From NCBI GenBank assembly GCA_002633005.1, contig NMRA01000256.1, positions 527,336-591,335 on the forward strand: a stretch of DNA of 64,000 bases, given 5' to 3'. The notes beneath the pieces were generated by a model that saw only the letters and a list, made by a program, of their open reading frames with translations, made no database searches and was not told the DNA's origin. This DNA comes from Phoronis australis. Its lineage: Eukaryota > Animalia > Phoronida. This document shows, one piece after another, positions 40,575-53,610 of this stretch. Every line of letters starts with the position of its first letter. Within the stretch, counting starts at the first letter, position 1. The translations under genes were made by a program, and so were the position numbers.

Positions 40575-40981
40575 CAAGCACCCTGCATCCTCATTTACCA
40601 TGATCAGTTATATCGGTGTATTCGTAATAGTCATCAACGTCGTCATTAGTGTCATCGATCACCAGAGTCGCCATCCTTGATGTTGATGGTCGACATCGTA
40701 GTAGGAGCAAATATGGCTTAGGGAACCTGTAAGGTTTCTCTGAATCTTGTAAATTGCTTATCGATGCCGAACTCTCATGGAAGGCGAGAGTCACTCAGGC
40801 GGGAAAATTTTCATCGCCATCTTACATGTACATTAGTCGGAAGAATGATATCCGCCAGCAACTACAACATGCAATGTTGACAGCAACATGCTAGCATGCT
40901 AGCATATCACCGTCCATATACACATGTACATGTAATAAGAGGATCATGTCGTAAACTCGGGTTTCAAACGTAGACTACCTC
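40575..40981 (-). mobile_element. Possible second-family Kolobok end with KolX-like first exon (tentative)
   Basis: Reverse complement begins TTAA|GAGGTAGT (the same 12-mer occurs on + at about 17334). Minus frame has EKPYRF.P, an acidic tract, then ITD followed by a GTAAAT donor-like site. Confidence 0.25.
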
Positions 40982-41959
40982 TTAAAAGAAATACATCGAA
41001 CTGCATAATTTCAATTTTTAATTGTTTTTGTTTTTACAGTTTTAACTGTTTAAGAAAGAACCACCATACCCGGTTTTGCCTTATTAGAAGGTATTAAAAG
41101 TACTTTTCTCACCCAATTCGCTGAAACAAATTAATGCTCTGAAACCCTTGACAATCCTCAACAAGTTTGGAGTACAATTCGAAACTACTGTTAAGTCTAC
41201 TAAACGGGCAAGCCTGACCTAGGCAATCCGTGACACCGAGAGCATGAGTTTTCAAGTGATTCCTGTTTTTATTGTTCAAGATTAACGCCAATGATACATT
41301 AGCCGGGGACAGAACGAAGATTGGTTGAAATCTTCAAAACATAGATAGTATCCTTTTAACTATCAAAATATCAAATGTTCCCACACAAAACGAATGAAAA
41401 GAAGTAATAACTCTCTATGTCGATATGCCCCATCTTCAATCGTTTATTGGGAGAATCTGTCGTTTGGTTAGTTTACTTAATCCTGAGTGCTCTTAACTTA
41501 AGGAACTGGGCATTTGCACGTTGGTTCATTAATGCCTCGGTAGGAGTAAACACACAACCAGGAACACATAACGTCTTGCGTAAAATTCACTTTTAGTGCT
41601 TATAATCGAATTCCTGGAACATCTCCAGTTGTCTCCAGCATTTTCTTGACCAAGGTATATCCATCAAAAGATGGCCGGTCGCGTGTAAAGACTAGGGTGG
41701 TTCCTAGCAGTGAGGCACTCCATAGTTTTTTACGACACGGTTGGATGTCAATTTAACTCTCCCAATTTCTTTAAAAAATGACAGAGGATGGGTTGGCAGG
41801 GCATTCTAAGTTTTGTTCAGCATGTGAAAGCTGCGGGTGGCATTTAGAGTCAGTTCTGAGAGAAAAATTGCTAGTTGTTGACCACTTGACGAACGTTTTG
41901 CTCCGTCGTGGATTTTCCCAAACCTTTACTCACGAGGCTTGCATGGGAAGTTGAATTTT

Positions 41960-42335
41960 GATATGAAGCAGGAAATTCCGGTATCCTTCAGACGCTTTGG
42001 ATATGAATGTGGTTGCTCGACACCCAGCTTAAAACCTTCAAGGCTCTGCTTCTCAGTTCAAAGTAATCGTGTGCAAATGGTGGCTTTTGGATGAAAAGTC
42101 AGGATATTTTATATTTATGTTAGTTTGTTTATGAAGCCGGCTGCACTTCCCGGCGGTATCCACAAAAGATGGAAAATGACATTGGAATAATTTTTTAGAC
42201 TTTGTGCAAGGTTTTTGAAATTCCTGTATACTGTTCACATCTTTAAGCATTGTGCACTCTGTGCAACAGATTGTTTTAGCTGCCAAGACCTAGTTGAGTA
42301 AAATCTAGAGACTAGACGGCACATGGCTGGGCATG
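41960..42335 (-). pseudogene. Highly decayed THAP-like fragment (tentative)
   Basis: Needs several frameshifts: MPS..CAV, VIFHL, ATICT, PKRLKDTGIS in THAP order. Confidence 0.25.
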
Positions 42336-43835
42336 AAAATGGCGTCGAGTACTAACTTAGCAACGAAAGCTGGCCCTCCCCGAACAAGCTAGGGCACGTG
42401 CTGGTTCACTGTTAATTCCAGGTTGGTGTCCAACCAGAAAGGGCAACATTTTTATAACCCCTATTTCCACATGTAGTGCGTGACCTTTCCGAATCACCAA
42501 TACATCCAGAAGCTTGGATGTATTTTAGCTTACATGAAGCCGACTGCGTTCTGCGAGGCTATGTACACACTTGTAGGTACATTTCCATTAATGTAAAAAT
42601 TAAGCTTTGCTCTGAGAAGACTTGTAATACCTTGTTTGCACTACATGAAGTATAATCATAGTGAAGTGCGTTGATATGATTTAAAGCAAATTATTGCAAA
42701 CGCACACCTGTTGGTTTTTTTGATTTGAGCCACTTTCTTCGATTAACACATCAGATACTGCCCTGTTAACATTCACAGTGAGAAACGAAAAACTAACATG
42801 TTAAGAAATGCCCTATAGGTACTCGATGTTCTTAATTTTGAGCCCAGTAAAATGAAAACAAACTCTATCAAAAAGTGTATATCGGGTGACCAAAAATGGC
42901 CCAGTTTTGACATGCAAATATAAAAAATCAGAACACTGCAGAAAAAACAAAATAGAATGTGCGAAGATATTACATATTCCCTTAAAAAATTAAACTGATT
43001 CTGTACATTGAAAAAGCATCGCATGGATCAAAAACAAAAGCTCAACTCGTTTTTCCTTGCAATAAGTTCCATTGTAAGTATTTAAAACCGCTTATTTCAA
43101 CTAACAGCAGTACACGAAACAATGCACGTACATGTCCCCAAATCAAAAACATTACATGCAGACAGAGGTATGGTTAAGATAACAACATACATAAGTACGA
43201 TCACAAATACTGTATAACGTATCAATTGCAAATGCCTCCATAGATAATAAAAGGTATGATTAAAAAGATACTTCAATTGCTTTCCCAAGACCCGCTCCAA
43301 GAATTGACGGGAGAGTCATAAAAGCAAGCTTTTAAAGAAAGGATGGAGGGGCAAAGAGAACAACAAAAGACATTCCAGGAAGGAATTGGGATGACAGAAT
43401 TGTCAACAGGGAAATTTGTAAAATTGAAAAAAAAGAAATGGTTGTGTAGACAGTGGACGACTTAATTGAATAATAAAAGAGAAAACCAAGAGCAGCTTGA
43501 GCTAGAAATCTATTCTCGGGAATCACACCTAGGAAGCCACAAATCATTGAGAAATTGCCCAATCACTGAAAATCACCAGAGGGTCTGTTTGTAATATTAC
43601 AAAACTATTGCACATAAAAGCATTTAACGGATTGAAGTGTCGTGTCGTCGACATTGTACTCACCGAGAAAAAGTAAAAGGATCACACTCGATCTGCCAAG
43701 AAATTCTCAGAACTACAGGATACACAAAAGGCCGCAAACTTATAGGATCAGCCAGGAAAACTTCATGTAGCCGATGCACAAGACAACGTTGGCAGGCTAC
43801 CCTAACAACACCTAACAACACGACCCGAGCACTTA

Positions 43836-45159
43836 AGGCGAAAGCAACCTTTTTTCATGTCACTTTTAGCAAAAATAAGGTTCGTTGATTATCCCAGACA
43901 CATTTTTCACTTAATTACAGCTTTTCGTAATTTGATTAATTTCTCGTCCTCTACTCCGGAAGTGACGTTTTGGGAGGCAAGAGTTTCGCGCCAATTTCTT
44001 TTCATTATAGTCTGACTGTGAGAGCTGTAGAGTCAGTCATTGTTCTACCTCGTTTGTGATAAGTTCGGTCGTCGTTTGCTTTTGTTTACACGTCAGTCAA
44101 CATGCCACGCTGTTTCTGCGTGCCGGGATGTACTCATTATCGTTTCACACGCGCTTTGGGTACCTTGCCTCGCTTTCCGAAGGATGACACACTTCGCCGT
44201 ACTTGGCTAGCTCGTTCATGTGAAGAACGCAGCGCTACCCGTCCACGCAACGTACACAGCAATGGAGGGTTACCGAGTGTGTGGCAAGCATTTTCTGCCG
44301 TCAAATCATGACAGATATGTACGCTGAATTGAAGAAGGTCCCTGCGAAACAACGCCTGAAGAAGGGTACCATACCGTCGCTGTTGATTCCCGGCAGTGCC
44401 CCGTCGCCAACCCCGAGAAGTGCGTTTTTGAAGCGAGAAGCCTCGCGAGCTGTGGCCACTACATACAGTGACTGGAGACACTTCATCTACTGTCACCCGT
44501 GCCTCCGAACGCATCCCATTGCGTGCAATTCCGGGAACTAGCAGTGATTCGCCCTGTGCTGTTGTCTCTAGCCCAGAGCCTGCAAGCAGCCCTGCAGCGA
44601 TGTTGAGTAGTGGTACAGGCCCAGTTCGACACCCAGTGAAGAGGACAGTTTGTCATCCAGTGAACAGATCGGTGAGCCTAAGTTTGATAAGTTTATTGTG
44701 GACTTGTATTGGAGCTATTTGGAAGGTGCCAGGTGTGTGGCGAGGGAGTCACACGGCGGGATGTAAGCAATTTGGGTGCTCAGATCACCCTTCAGTGGAA
44801 GTGTGTCGCGGGACACTCGGGCAAGTGGGACAGTTCTTCCTCTGTACGTGAGGCGATAATGCGTACACCCCAGTACGCAGCAACAACGTGGCATGTTGAC
44901 TGACTCGTAAGAAAAAGCAAACGACGTCCGAACTTATCACAACCGAGGTAGAACAATGACTGACTCGACTGCTCTCACAGTCAGACTATATGAAAAGAAA
45001 TTGGCGCGAAATTCTTGCCTCCCAAAACGTCACTTCCGGAGTAGACGACGAGTAATTAATCAAATTACGAAAAGCAGTAAATAAGTGAAAAATATGTCTG
45101 GGATAATCAACGAACCTTATTTTTGCTAAAAATGACATGAAAAAAGGTTGCCTTCGCCT
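43836..45159 (+). mobile_element. Kolobok copy 2 (same family as 250-1850) with duplicated inverted left end
   Basis: Left TTAAGGCGAAAGCAAC (one A short of TTAA+AGG), right GTTGCCTTCGCCT|TTAA. 43836-44810 is collinear with 250-1193. About 44845-45159 is the reverse complement of the left end, including the THAP start. Confidence 0.88.
44102..44843 (+). pseudogene. THAP + zinc-motif N-terminus of Kolobok transposase (frameshifted)
   Basis: MPRCFCVPGCTHY...RFPKDDTLRRTWLAR; YRVCGKHF; RLKKGTIPSLL; LELFGRCQVCGEGVTRRDVSNLGAQITLQWKCVAGHSGKWDSS (CxxC...CxxGH...W motif). Confidence 0.85.
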
Positions 45160-45639
45160 TTAAGAACACAGCTCGGCACTCAAGAATACGGTTAACAAGC
45201 CCGAAAAAGCAGACTTCACTGACTCACAACCATGGCCCCGCGCTCACAAAGCACTGCTTATGCACACAAGATTTACGTCACATGAACCGCAAACGTGGCT
45301 CCTACATTTGCATGTAAATTGGCTAACGCACTCGTCTGAGTCATGCACGTGATTCTTAGCCATCAGCGAGAGGTGTTTTGTGAGGCAGTGAGCCGGCTTT
45401 CTGGTCCGCGGGTGTGTGAGCCGTGTTGTTCAGATAGCCCCGCTGTTGTGTCCTTTTGGAAACAACTGAACCACACGAACTCAAGATACTGCACGTGCCT
45501 ACGGCCACCTGCTGCTAAAGTAGAAAAGTAAAATATTTTACCTGTCAAGCTACCCATCTCAGATGAGTGTGGGGTGGTGGTATAATTTAAGGATGGTATA
45601 GGGTAATAGCTATAGAAAAGAAATTGAAAATGTTTAAAC

Positions 45640-46455
45640 ACAATTCTGTAAATTGTTAATGTCTACTGGTGTTAAGACGACCAACGCCATCACAAAGGGA
45701 GAGTGTGGCCGTCATAATTTATCTAAGTCTTATACATGTGTATATAGGAATATAACACATTTTGTGAAAATATTAAAAATGACAAATGATACACTTCAAA
45801 AAACGTGTTTGATGTTATATGAAAGGCAATTGCAAGGTCGAAATAATTGATGTCCCCGAATTAAAAATCTGTTGTATACAACGGTCCAGTATGGTTGAAC
45901 CAGGGAATCGGTGATGAACGAATACTTTTGTCGGAATTCAAACAAAGCTTGAGAGATGTTAACTTTCAAAATTAGTTGCCAGTGGTAGAAAATACAAATA
46001 AGAGCGAATTTTACAGAGGTGTTAGATCTGTGTTGTCTTGTGCAAAAGTATTTTTGTGAGGCGATACTCAGCAGCAGATATTTTACACAGCGAACATTAG
46101 ATATTCAACTCACACATTAAAAATTTAAAACGTCAAAAGAAATGGTATTCCCCGAAGTGAAAGAACTTGTAACATTTGTAATACATGAGGAATTAAGACA
46201 GATGAGCATTTCCTGTTATGTTGTCCAGTACTGGTAGATTTAATAAATAGATTCATACCACGCTGCCACGATATCAGTTCTCTTTTTTTAATTCGAGAAC
46301 AGCAAACACTTTAAAAAAACATTTCAATGTATATACAAAGGGAAATTATGATCAGAAACGAAATACTAAATCTTTAAAGGCTGTGTACGCAAGTATGAAG
46401 TTCGTCTATACTATTGTGAACTGTGGGCTGGTGGCCTCTTGTTCAAATAAAGTTA
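45640..46455 (+). mobile_element. RTEX-like LINE 3' remnant
   Basis: GVKTTNAITKGECGR, IRYSTHTLKI, RNGIPRSERTCNICN, DEHFLLCCP; AATAAA at about 46446. Confidence 0.8.
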
Positions 46456-47223
46456 TTATCATTAGTACAAGGACGGTATACACTGTATTCTATACATAGG
46501 TGGTGTGTTCAGTAGGAAACTCATGATAATTTAGCGGTTTGATCATTGTTTCATCCTATGGTTTTACGCAAAAATGGGTAAAATGTAGTAGAATCGTGAG
46601 CGGGCAAACACTAGTGCTTAGTTTTAGGATTTAACTTGAAAGGTTACAATGAGGTCCTTTCCAATATCTTTACGACCTACCTAAACATTGAAGCAAAGAA
46701 ATTAATTTGTACGGATATTTCAAAAACAGAACAGTTTGCTCTCGTGTCCAGCCAACATATCACTTTGATCTAGTGAAATGGTACTAAACATTCAGCTAAA
46801 TATTTGATGGAAGTGTGGTCATGCTATGCTTAAAGCAGTCATCTTATGGCCATCGGTTTTTGACAAAAGCTTTCTCACGCATGTCAACAATCTCTGTGGT
46901 AAACAAAATGTATCAAATTGTCTGAAATTCCCTACATACCACATTAAAAAAAATATCTTCATTAACTCAATTTGTTCGATATTAGGAACAAGAACACAGA
47001 AAGTACATTTACATTTCTGCATATAGTAAACGAAAAGGTGCCGACTAGTCTGAAGCGGACCTAATCTACCCAGAGGCGGACCTCAACGGCCGGTAGGGAA
47101 GCATGATACCATTGATTTTGGGCAAGAAACATAAACATTCCTAGAATATACTGTAGGTGCATGGAATTGTATATACATATGAGTTGACAGGCAGTGTTTT
47201 CATTCATTACCTACGTTGTGGAT

Positions 47224-47426
47224 CACTGGTGTAGTCATTCGACAACTGAAGAGCGGTCACGAAACGCGAAGTTGTTGGCGACTGGGGAAATGTGAGGGAG
47301 GCTGAGGACCCTGCAGCTATGAACAGAGGGAACAGCAAACTGAAACGATCTTAAACCATGGTGGGCATCGTTGCAATGACGGGGTCATGGTCCTTTTATG
47401 TCCCGACCCCAGTGGCTACGTCAGTG
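47224..47426. mobile_element. Short hAT-like MITE
   Basis: Inverted termini CACTGGTGTAGTCA...TGGCTACGTCAGTG. Confidence 0.45.
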
Positions 47427-47502
47427 CTGCAAACCATTTTAAACCTACATGCACATGCGTCAGATAAACTGAACGTATGACGAGGTTTCGCACATACATC
47501 TT

Positions 47503-47810
47503 CATTATGAGCTCCCCTTTGACATTTTCCAATAATATAACTAATAACTGAGCCTTTAATTCAGTCAAAATATCTAAAGACTTAGACCTTACATTGGGGG
47601 CGTTGCATGAAAATATCCCTACTTATTTTCAATAATATTGAGAATTCAACGTAGTGTTCACTCTCGATTTGTATCAATTATTAAAAGTCAAAAAGTGAGT
47701 TAGTAATGAGACTCAAACAGCATTAGTGTTTTCACAAGCTCACAAACACGCAGTAGATTTAGGGAACTTAGTTGTGGCCCTATTTGGGGCTGTTTCATGC
47801 AACTGCGCAC
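47503..47810 (+). repeat. Dispersed repeat including a small TIR element; 5' part recurs at 63583-63740
   Basis: TTGCATGAAAA(T/G)ATCCCTACTTATTTTCAAT...TTGAGAATTCAACGTAG and the ~90 bp upstream are shared. GCGTTGCATGAAA...TTTCATGCAACTGC are inverted ends at about 47597-47808. Confidence 0.65.
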
Positions 47811-50160
47811 TTGAGTCTAAAGTAAGACCAATCACAGTTTTGACCTGATCAAAACTCGGTCGAATTTTCCGCAATTACTTGAGAAACACGTTTCAAAGTG
47901 GATTTTCTCTACTCGCTGCGGGAGCGCCAAGTTTATCCAAGTCTCTCAGTGGATCCAGAATGTTCATTTACGGTGTACGTATTTGTGAGATTTCCAGTCG
48001 TTCGCTTTGGACTTAATTAGAAATGTGATGAAATATTGGTCCTTTTTTGGTCAGCTACACTGAAGTGCCCCAACTATTCTCACCTGTCCGGTTTCAACTA
48101 ATCAAGACTAGGTATTAGATCACTCCAGAAGCATCTTAAGAATATGACATTGTCTGCGAGAAATGTATCTTTTAGATCAGTATCAGTGCCGAATCAAGTG
48201 CACAACCTGTCAACCTGCAACACAAAAACCAACGCCGTAATGCTTTAAAAATGCCTGTCAGAGAAAAGGTTCCTGTATAAACACGAAAATCAACCACATA
48301 GTCGTTAACCATACGACATGCTTACTGTCGCAAGCTACGTACATGTATGGCACGCAGGAAAGCCAAATACCTACTCGAGTATATCATGACATTTTCTCAG
48401 GTAATGCGCCTTTCATGTGACTAATAGACCGCCACTGGCTACGTCTCTCATCTGAGGTAAGCATTTGCTCGGGACATATCAAAATACGTGAGACACCAGT
48501 ACTCGTGTATTAGAATTAACTCTACCGGAATATGAGCCCAAGTAACAACGTGGTATAGCGCAGTAAGCCTAATTTTTTAAACCAGGGTGTCCAATCGATA
48601 AGCGTACATTGTTATTGTTTGTTCAGTATCATGGCGCTTGGTTTATTTTATAAGTACTTGTCTACCTGAGAAACCAGCAGTAACATGACCATTTACAACC
48701 GGACTCCAATTGTTTCAGTCTACTAATAAGTTGGACCGGCGTAGTTACAGGGCTTGTAATATTCAGGCTGAAATCCTGGAAGTCACTCCAATTTGTAGCG
48801 CAACCTACAATGTACATATTTGCTAATATTTCTACGAAATGTTGATGACTAAACCAACATGGTCACAGTTTTGGCGCTATCTCGATGTCCACGCTTCGTA
48901 TATGTATTGGGCCATCTGATCTCTCTGTCTCGTTCTACGGTTGTCGTCTAACCAAATGGGGAGTGCTCATTCGTAAATACGCATCTTGATATCAGAGGGT
49001 CGGCAAATAATCCAAACTGAGTCCACGGTCCCCTTCTATCCGTCCACAATGAACAAAAAATAAACTTTTTGGCATATTCTACTTCAAATGACTGCCTGCT
49101 GCCACCGTTACTGCTCACAATTAACCAATACAACCTCTTAACCCAATGAGTCAAAATTGTTACAACTAACTGGTTCGTTAGCAGTTGTTTTCGTCTACCA
49201 ATAACAAATAGAATCTGGAAACATCCTACCGTTACATTAAACTGTCCTCGTCGTGTCCAATTCTCTGCCTGGAGAGGTTTTCTTACTGGGCAATCTCCAA
49301 TCGAAGGCTTATGTGTCCCGAGACTTGTATACAAACCTGGGCGATCCTAACATAATTATTGTGTCCGTTCATGACACACTGTATGCACAGACTACAGGGT
49401 GCTCTTAAAATACGGATTGAACTAAGTGCTCATGGCATGGATCACCTGGGGACGACAAGTGCTGCATGAATAAAGTTCCGTGTTAGCAACACGATTATTT
49501 TGTACGCGACTGTCGTGTGCTACTAGTAGACAGAGCTTTTAAAGAAAACCAAATAAAACGCATTGTTGGGTTGTTAGCTTTGACGAGAGTCATAAAGCTA
49601 CATTGTTTTCTTGATTTTATTGTAGACGGCCAATTCCAGACAAAGGTTTCCGCTCTAAGTTAACTGAAATCGAGACGTTAACCTACCTGTATTCAGATCT
49701 GTAGTTGCTGGACGCCGCGAAATGGCCAACGCGGGCGGTTTGTCAGTATACTGCTGATCAAAGCCGCCGAGAAAAATGCCAGTGACTGACCTTTTGAACT
49801 TGCGTAAGAAAGGAGGCGAAGAGCCGACGAACTTTGGAGGAGAGACCTCTCTAGAATAAGCATTAAATTTGGGAACGTAATAGAGCACTATGCTCACTGA
49901 AGTGCGAGCTGAGTCGAACATTTCTTGAAATGCCCAACTTGCTCGAGTAGACAACCTGGTGGGTTTGCATTCTCCCGTCTGCCATTAGCAGCTTACTTAT
50001 GCTTGGTTTTAAGCGTAAACCACTTTGAAAACTAGATGACCTGATAATCAAAACTGGTAACCTATGTTCTAGGGCGGTAACTATTTCCGCAGTACATCAT
50101 GCCTGAACTCTAAAACTACAAACCGGGAAAAGTAGGCTTGCAAGAAGGCAGTACATGAAG

Positions 50161-50750
50161 ACTCGCTGGTTCCCTGCGTGCCGCTAGGTGGTCAGAAGCC
50201 AGCACGCAGGTATCACATAATTTTCCTCGGGAAATTTTTACACCGGCGTTTCTGGTTGGCTAGTCAAATTCTCAACACGCAGCGTTTTACGCAAACAAAC
50301 TGGCATCATAGATACTCTATGGTCTATGATGGCATGACTGATGGACTGAAGTGTAAAATAATGTGGTCTGTTGTACAGACAAATCGGTGCTTAAAATTTA
50401 GGTCCAGGAAATGTGAATCCTAGAAATTGTAGTTGCGCCTTTTCGGAATGCATGTTTCTACTGCCGATGACTTTTGTTTACGATACCGTCCCGTATGAAT
50501 AACACACCTGTTAAATCGGCCAGATATGTGTTTATTGTACATGTATGTGCTTCAAGCACGCGGCTACTAAACATCACTGCAGAAACGAAATAGTTGCTGC
50601 GACGCCACTTGCTTGAAAAGGCTAAAAATCGTTTTTTACAGTCCGCCATTTTTTCATTGCTGAGGTTACATCAACCAATGCTTTAGTAAAGCGCGTGCCA
50701 CTGCGTGATACCTGCGTGCTGGCTACTAGGCACGTAGGGGACCAGCGAGT
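50161..50750 (+). mobile_element. 590-bp TIR MITE with intact TSD
   Basis: ACTCGCTGGTTCCCTGCGTGCC...GGCACGTAGGGGACCAGCGAGT flanked by ACATGAAG (50153-50160, 50751-50758). The TSD reads as 10 bp (TACATGAAGA) if the termini are CTCG..CGAG. Confidence 0.9.
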
Positions 50751-50876
50751 ACATGAAGATCACGTGTTTCAACAGGCGTAGAAGTCAAAGGTCACAGAAA
50801 TTTCAATTGTTTGCGAATTTCAAAATGAATGTAAAAGAAGAACACATTCAAGTAAGAAAATACAAGTATTATTAAC

Positions 50877-51153
50877 CATGGGCGCACCTGGGGGGGGGGG
50901 GGGGGANGGGGGGCTCCAACGAGCCCTCCAGTTTGGCGAATTGGGCAAAAACGTCCGCCTCAGTGAAACAAAAAGTCCGAGTAAACGACCCAGACAAAAG
51001 TCCACAAAGTTCAAACGAATTCGGCATGGATGCAGGATTGGCAGGCCTGAACCTAGTGGTCAAGATTTTTTAGTCGTCGTTGGTTTTTTCAGTAAAAGGT
51101 CCGCATATCGCAGAATTCGAGTCCTCTTATATTTTAGGCTGGGTGCGCGAATG
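50877..51153 (+). mobile_element. MITE family copy 2 (poly-G left end; contains an N at 50907)
   Basis: CATGGGCGCACCTGGG...GGCTGGGTGCGCGAATG; similar to 53338-53610. Confidence 0.7.
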
Positions 51154-53337
51154 TTAACGAAAAATCTCGTAGCAACTCTTGACGTGTTGTCTGAGATAAA
51201 CCGGCGCGATTCTGTCCAAATCTTATTCACACCTCATTTTCATCCGATTGCCACACCTTAACGTTACAGTGCAGTACTTCAATATAATCCGTCGTGTAGA
51301 CTGCACTTGGAAATGGGCGCGTCCATGTGAAACACGGTAAATCTATTCCAGTCGCTTCAGCGATCGAGTTTAACACACTTGCCCTCATTAAATGAGGGCA
51401 GAGGTATCAATTTTTAACACCAAGTGGTTTGGAATGAGTGACACCAGGTAAATATCAATACTTCACAGCCGGGTTAAGGTCTAATCAATCTAAAGTTTTT
51501 GTTAAAAGTGGTAGTGAAGACATGCATCCATGTCAGCATAGAACTCTAGCCCTGGAATGCCAACTCCCGCACCTTACCAATGTACACGTATTCTATTATT
51601 AGAGCTTGCGACCCAGAGACTAGCCGTGACAGTTTGCACTGTAAATTTCCTGCAATCTGCTCGACTAAGTTTTGATCAAGTGTTTTAGGTATCAAATCAA
51701 GCCTAAATTCATTGATTCATTTTCATTTTGACATTTTTGTTCATCAAGCAAAACTCATGAGCTACGGTTCTAGACAACCAGCGATTACCCGGCAAAATTA
51801 GTTAACAAACCGACCCGTGGCCCTGGACGGATACCGGGCAGAGTCTGGCCTATGACTTCTTTACAGCTCCAGTCTTTGAACAACTTTCAATAACCTATCA
51901 AACAGATTTTTTCAACAAGACGTTTTAGGTGTTAAAATCATGTTGCAGTAGTCTACGGAAAGAAATGATTTTTGGTTTCCAAGTGTTTGCTCTGCAACTA
52001 TAAATGAAAAGGTTAGGCCCTACTATCAGGTGTGTTTACCTAACTTTCGAAAAACTACCCGTATTTGCGTAGCTAAGTGTGCGTGTGTTGGTGTTCGCAT
52101 CAATTAATACTGTTTTCATTAGTTTCTATGATTTATTTGTACAATACTTAGTTGTTGCCTGATCGGTGAATGTAGAATTAACTTATACCCGTGAAACAAA
52201 ATTTAAAAATGAAACTTTTACCTTGTAAAAAATCCAACAAATACTTTAGTAGTGTTAATGACAGCGTACTTGCCAAATGCCCCACTCTTGGCGGACTATC
52301 CCGCTTTTTGAATTTTCCCGCCATCCCGCCACAACATCAAGATGTCCCACTTTTTGACGACCGGCGACACTTACATGTTACTATATAATACTGTAATGTT
52401 CCACGTGACATAGCACTATTTTCCCGTTTGATTAAACAGAAAAAACAGGACGTTTCATTGGACCCGCAATTGCCTATTCGACTTAAAAAATAAAAAACGC
52501 CATAAGACGCTTTTGGGAGTAACGTCTCCCGTTAGACAATAGAACGCTGTCGGGACCTTTTTGTGTGTTACGGCGAACATTTCATCCTTCTCGAATGTTG
52601 GCAATTAAGGAACAGGTGTTCATTTGTTTCTCTGTTATGAATATTGTTATTTTCCAGAGCCCACTTTCGTTAGTGACATACATGTAACAATCGTAAAAAT
52701 TTGAGCCAATGTCCCTTGTTTACGGTAGCACACACCACATGCACATGTATCAGGAGTACTAATTTTTACGTTCTGGAAGAAATGAGTTAATTTACAAACT
52801 ACAATGGAAAGTTCTACTCTGCAGCCTATTTAATGATCTATCCACATTTAGGGGAGGGGCGTCCCCCACTTGGCTGCCGCAAGCAAATTGAAACAGTAAC
52901 AGCGTGAAGCGTGAGGAAAGTTTAGTGGCAACGAGGACCGGTGGCGGAACCGTGTTCCCGTTTTTTTTAGTTCACCGATCGATTTTCTGCACAGAAGTCC
53001 CGCACGTCCGACCCTTGCAACTTTCGGGGCGCCTGTACACATACACTAGCGCTTTACCCAATTCCCTGAGGCAACATCTTGGGTCCACCCCTTATGATAT
53101 CCTAGATCGGCCACTGATCCACATAGCATTTCAAACCTACACAATAGATGTTTGCTCATTTTTATCTATCACAAAGTCTTTATCTGCAAATATCGGATAA
53201 GTAGCTGGAGTAATTAGTTGATCACATTTTTCTAAATGTCACTGCATCGTGAATTTTTACCGAAGAACTGTATCACACGGCACCAATTGATAAACATGTA
53301 CAATGGTTGACAATTTTGGATGAATACCTGTCTAAAT

Positions 53338-53610
53338 CAGGCGCGCACCCAGGGGAGGGGGGGCTCGGGGGGCTCGAAAGAGCCCTCCCCCCATTTGGCG
53401 AAATGGGCAAAATGGTCCGCCTCTGAGACACAAAAAGTCCGTGAAAATGAAACAACACTCCACCAAAAGTCCACTAAACAAGCGCAAACACGCAATTTAC
53501 AGTGGTGGTCCCGTTTTTTTTTTAGTCCGCCCGCATTTTTGTTACCAAAAGGTCCACATCGCCAGGAATTCGAACCCCACCCCAAATATTGGAGGCTGGG
53601 TGCGCGCATG
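53338..53610 (+). mobile_element. MITE family copy 3
   Basis: TIR CAGGCGCGCACCCAG...CTGGGTGCGCGCATG. Confidence 0.75.

Noticed and set aside
43290-43600. CR1/L2-like 3' remnant on the minus strand (PSWN...SLK)
   Set aside because: Too degenerate to support.
48948-50051. Minus-strand ORFs of 128, 99 and 62 aa
   Set aside because: No recognisable domain or splice structure; lengths compatible with chance.
50878-51261. 127-aa Gly-rich ORF (and ORFs at 53273-53671)
   Set aside because: These arise from GC-rich MITE sequence with a poly-G tract and an ambiguous base.
51380-51400. Perfect hairpin TGCCCTCAT-TAA-ATGAGGGCA as a terminator or Helitron end
   Set aside because: Eukaryotic context, with no U-tract and no CTRR terminus just downstream.
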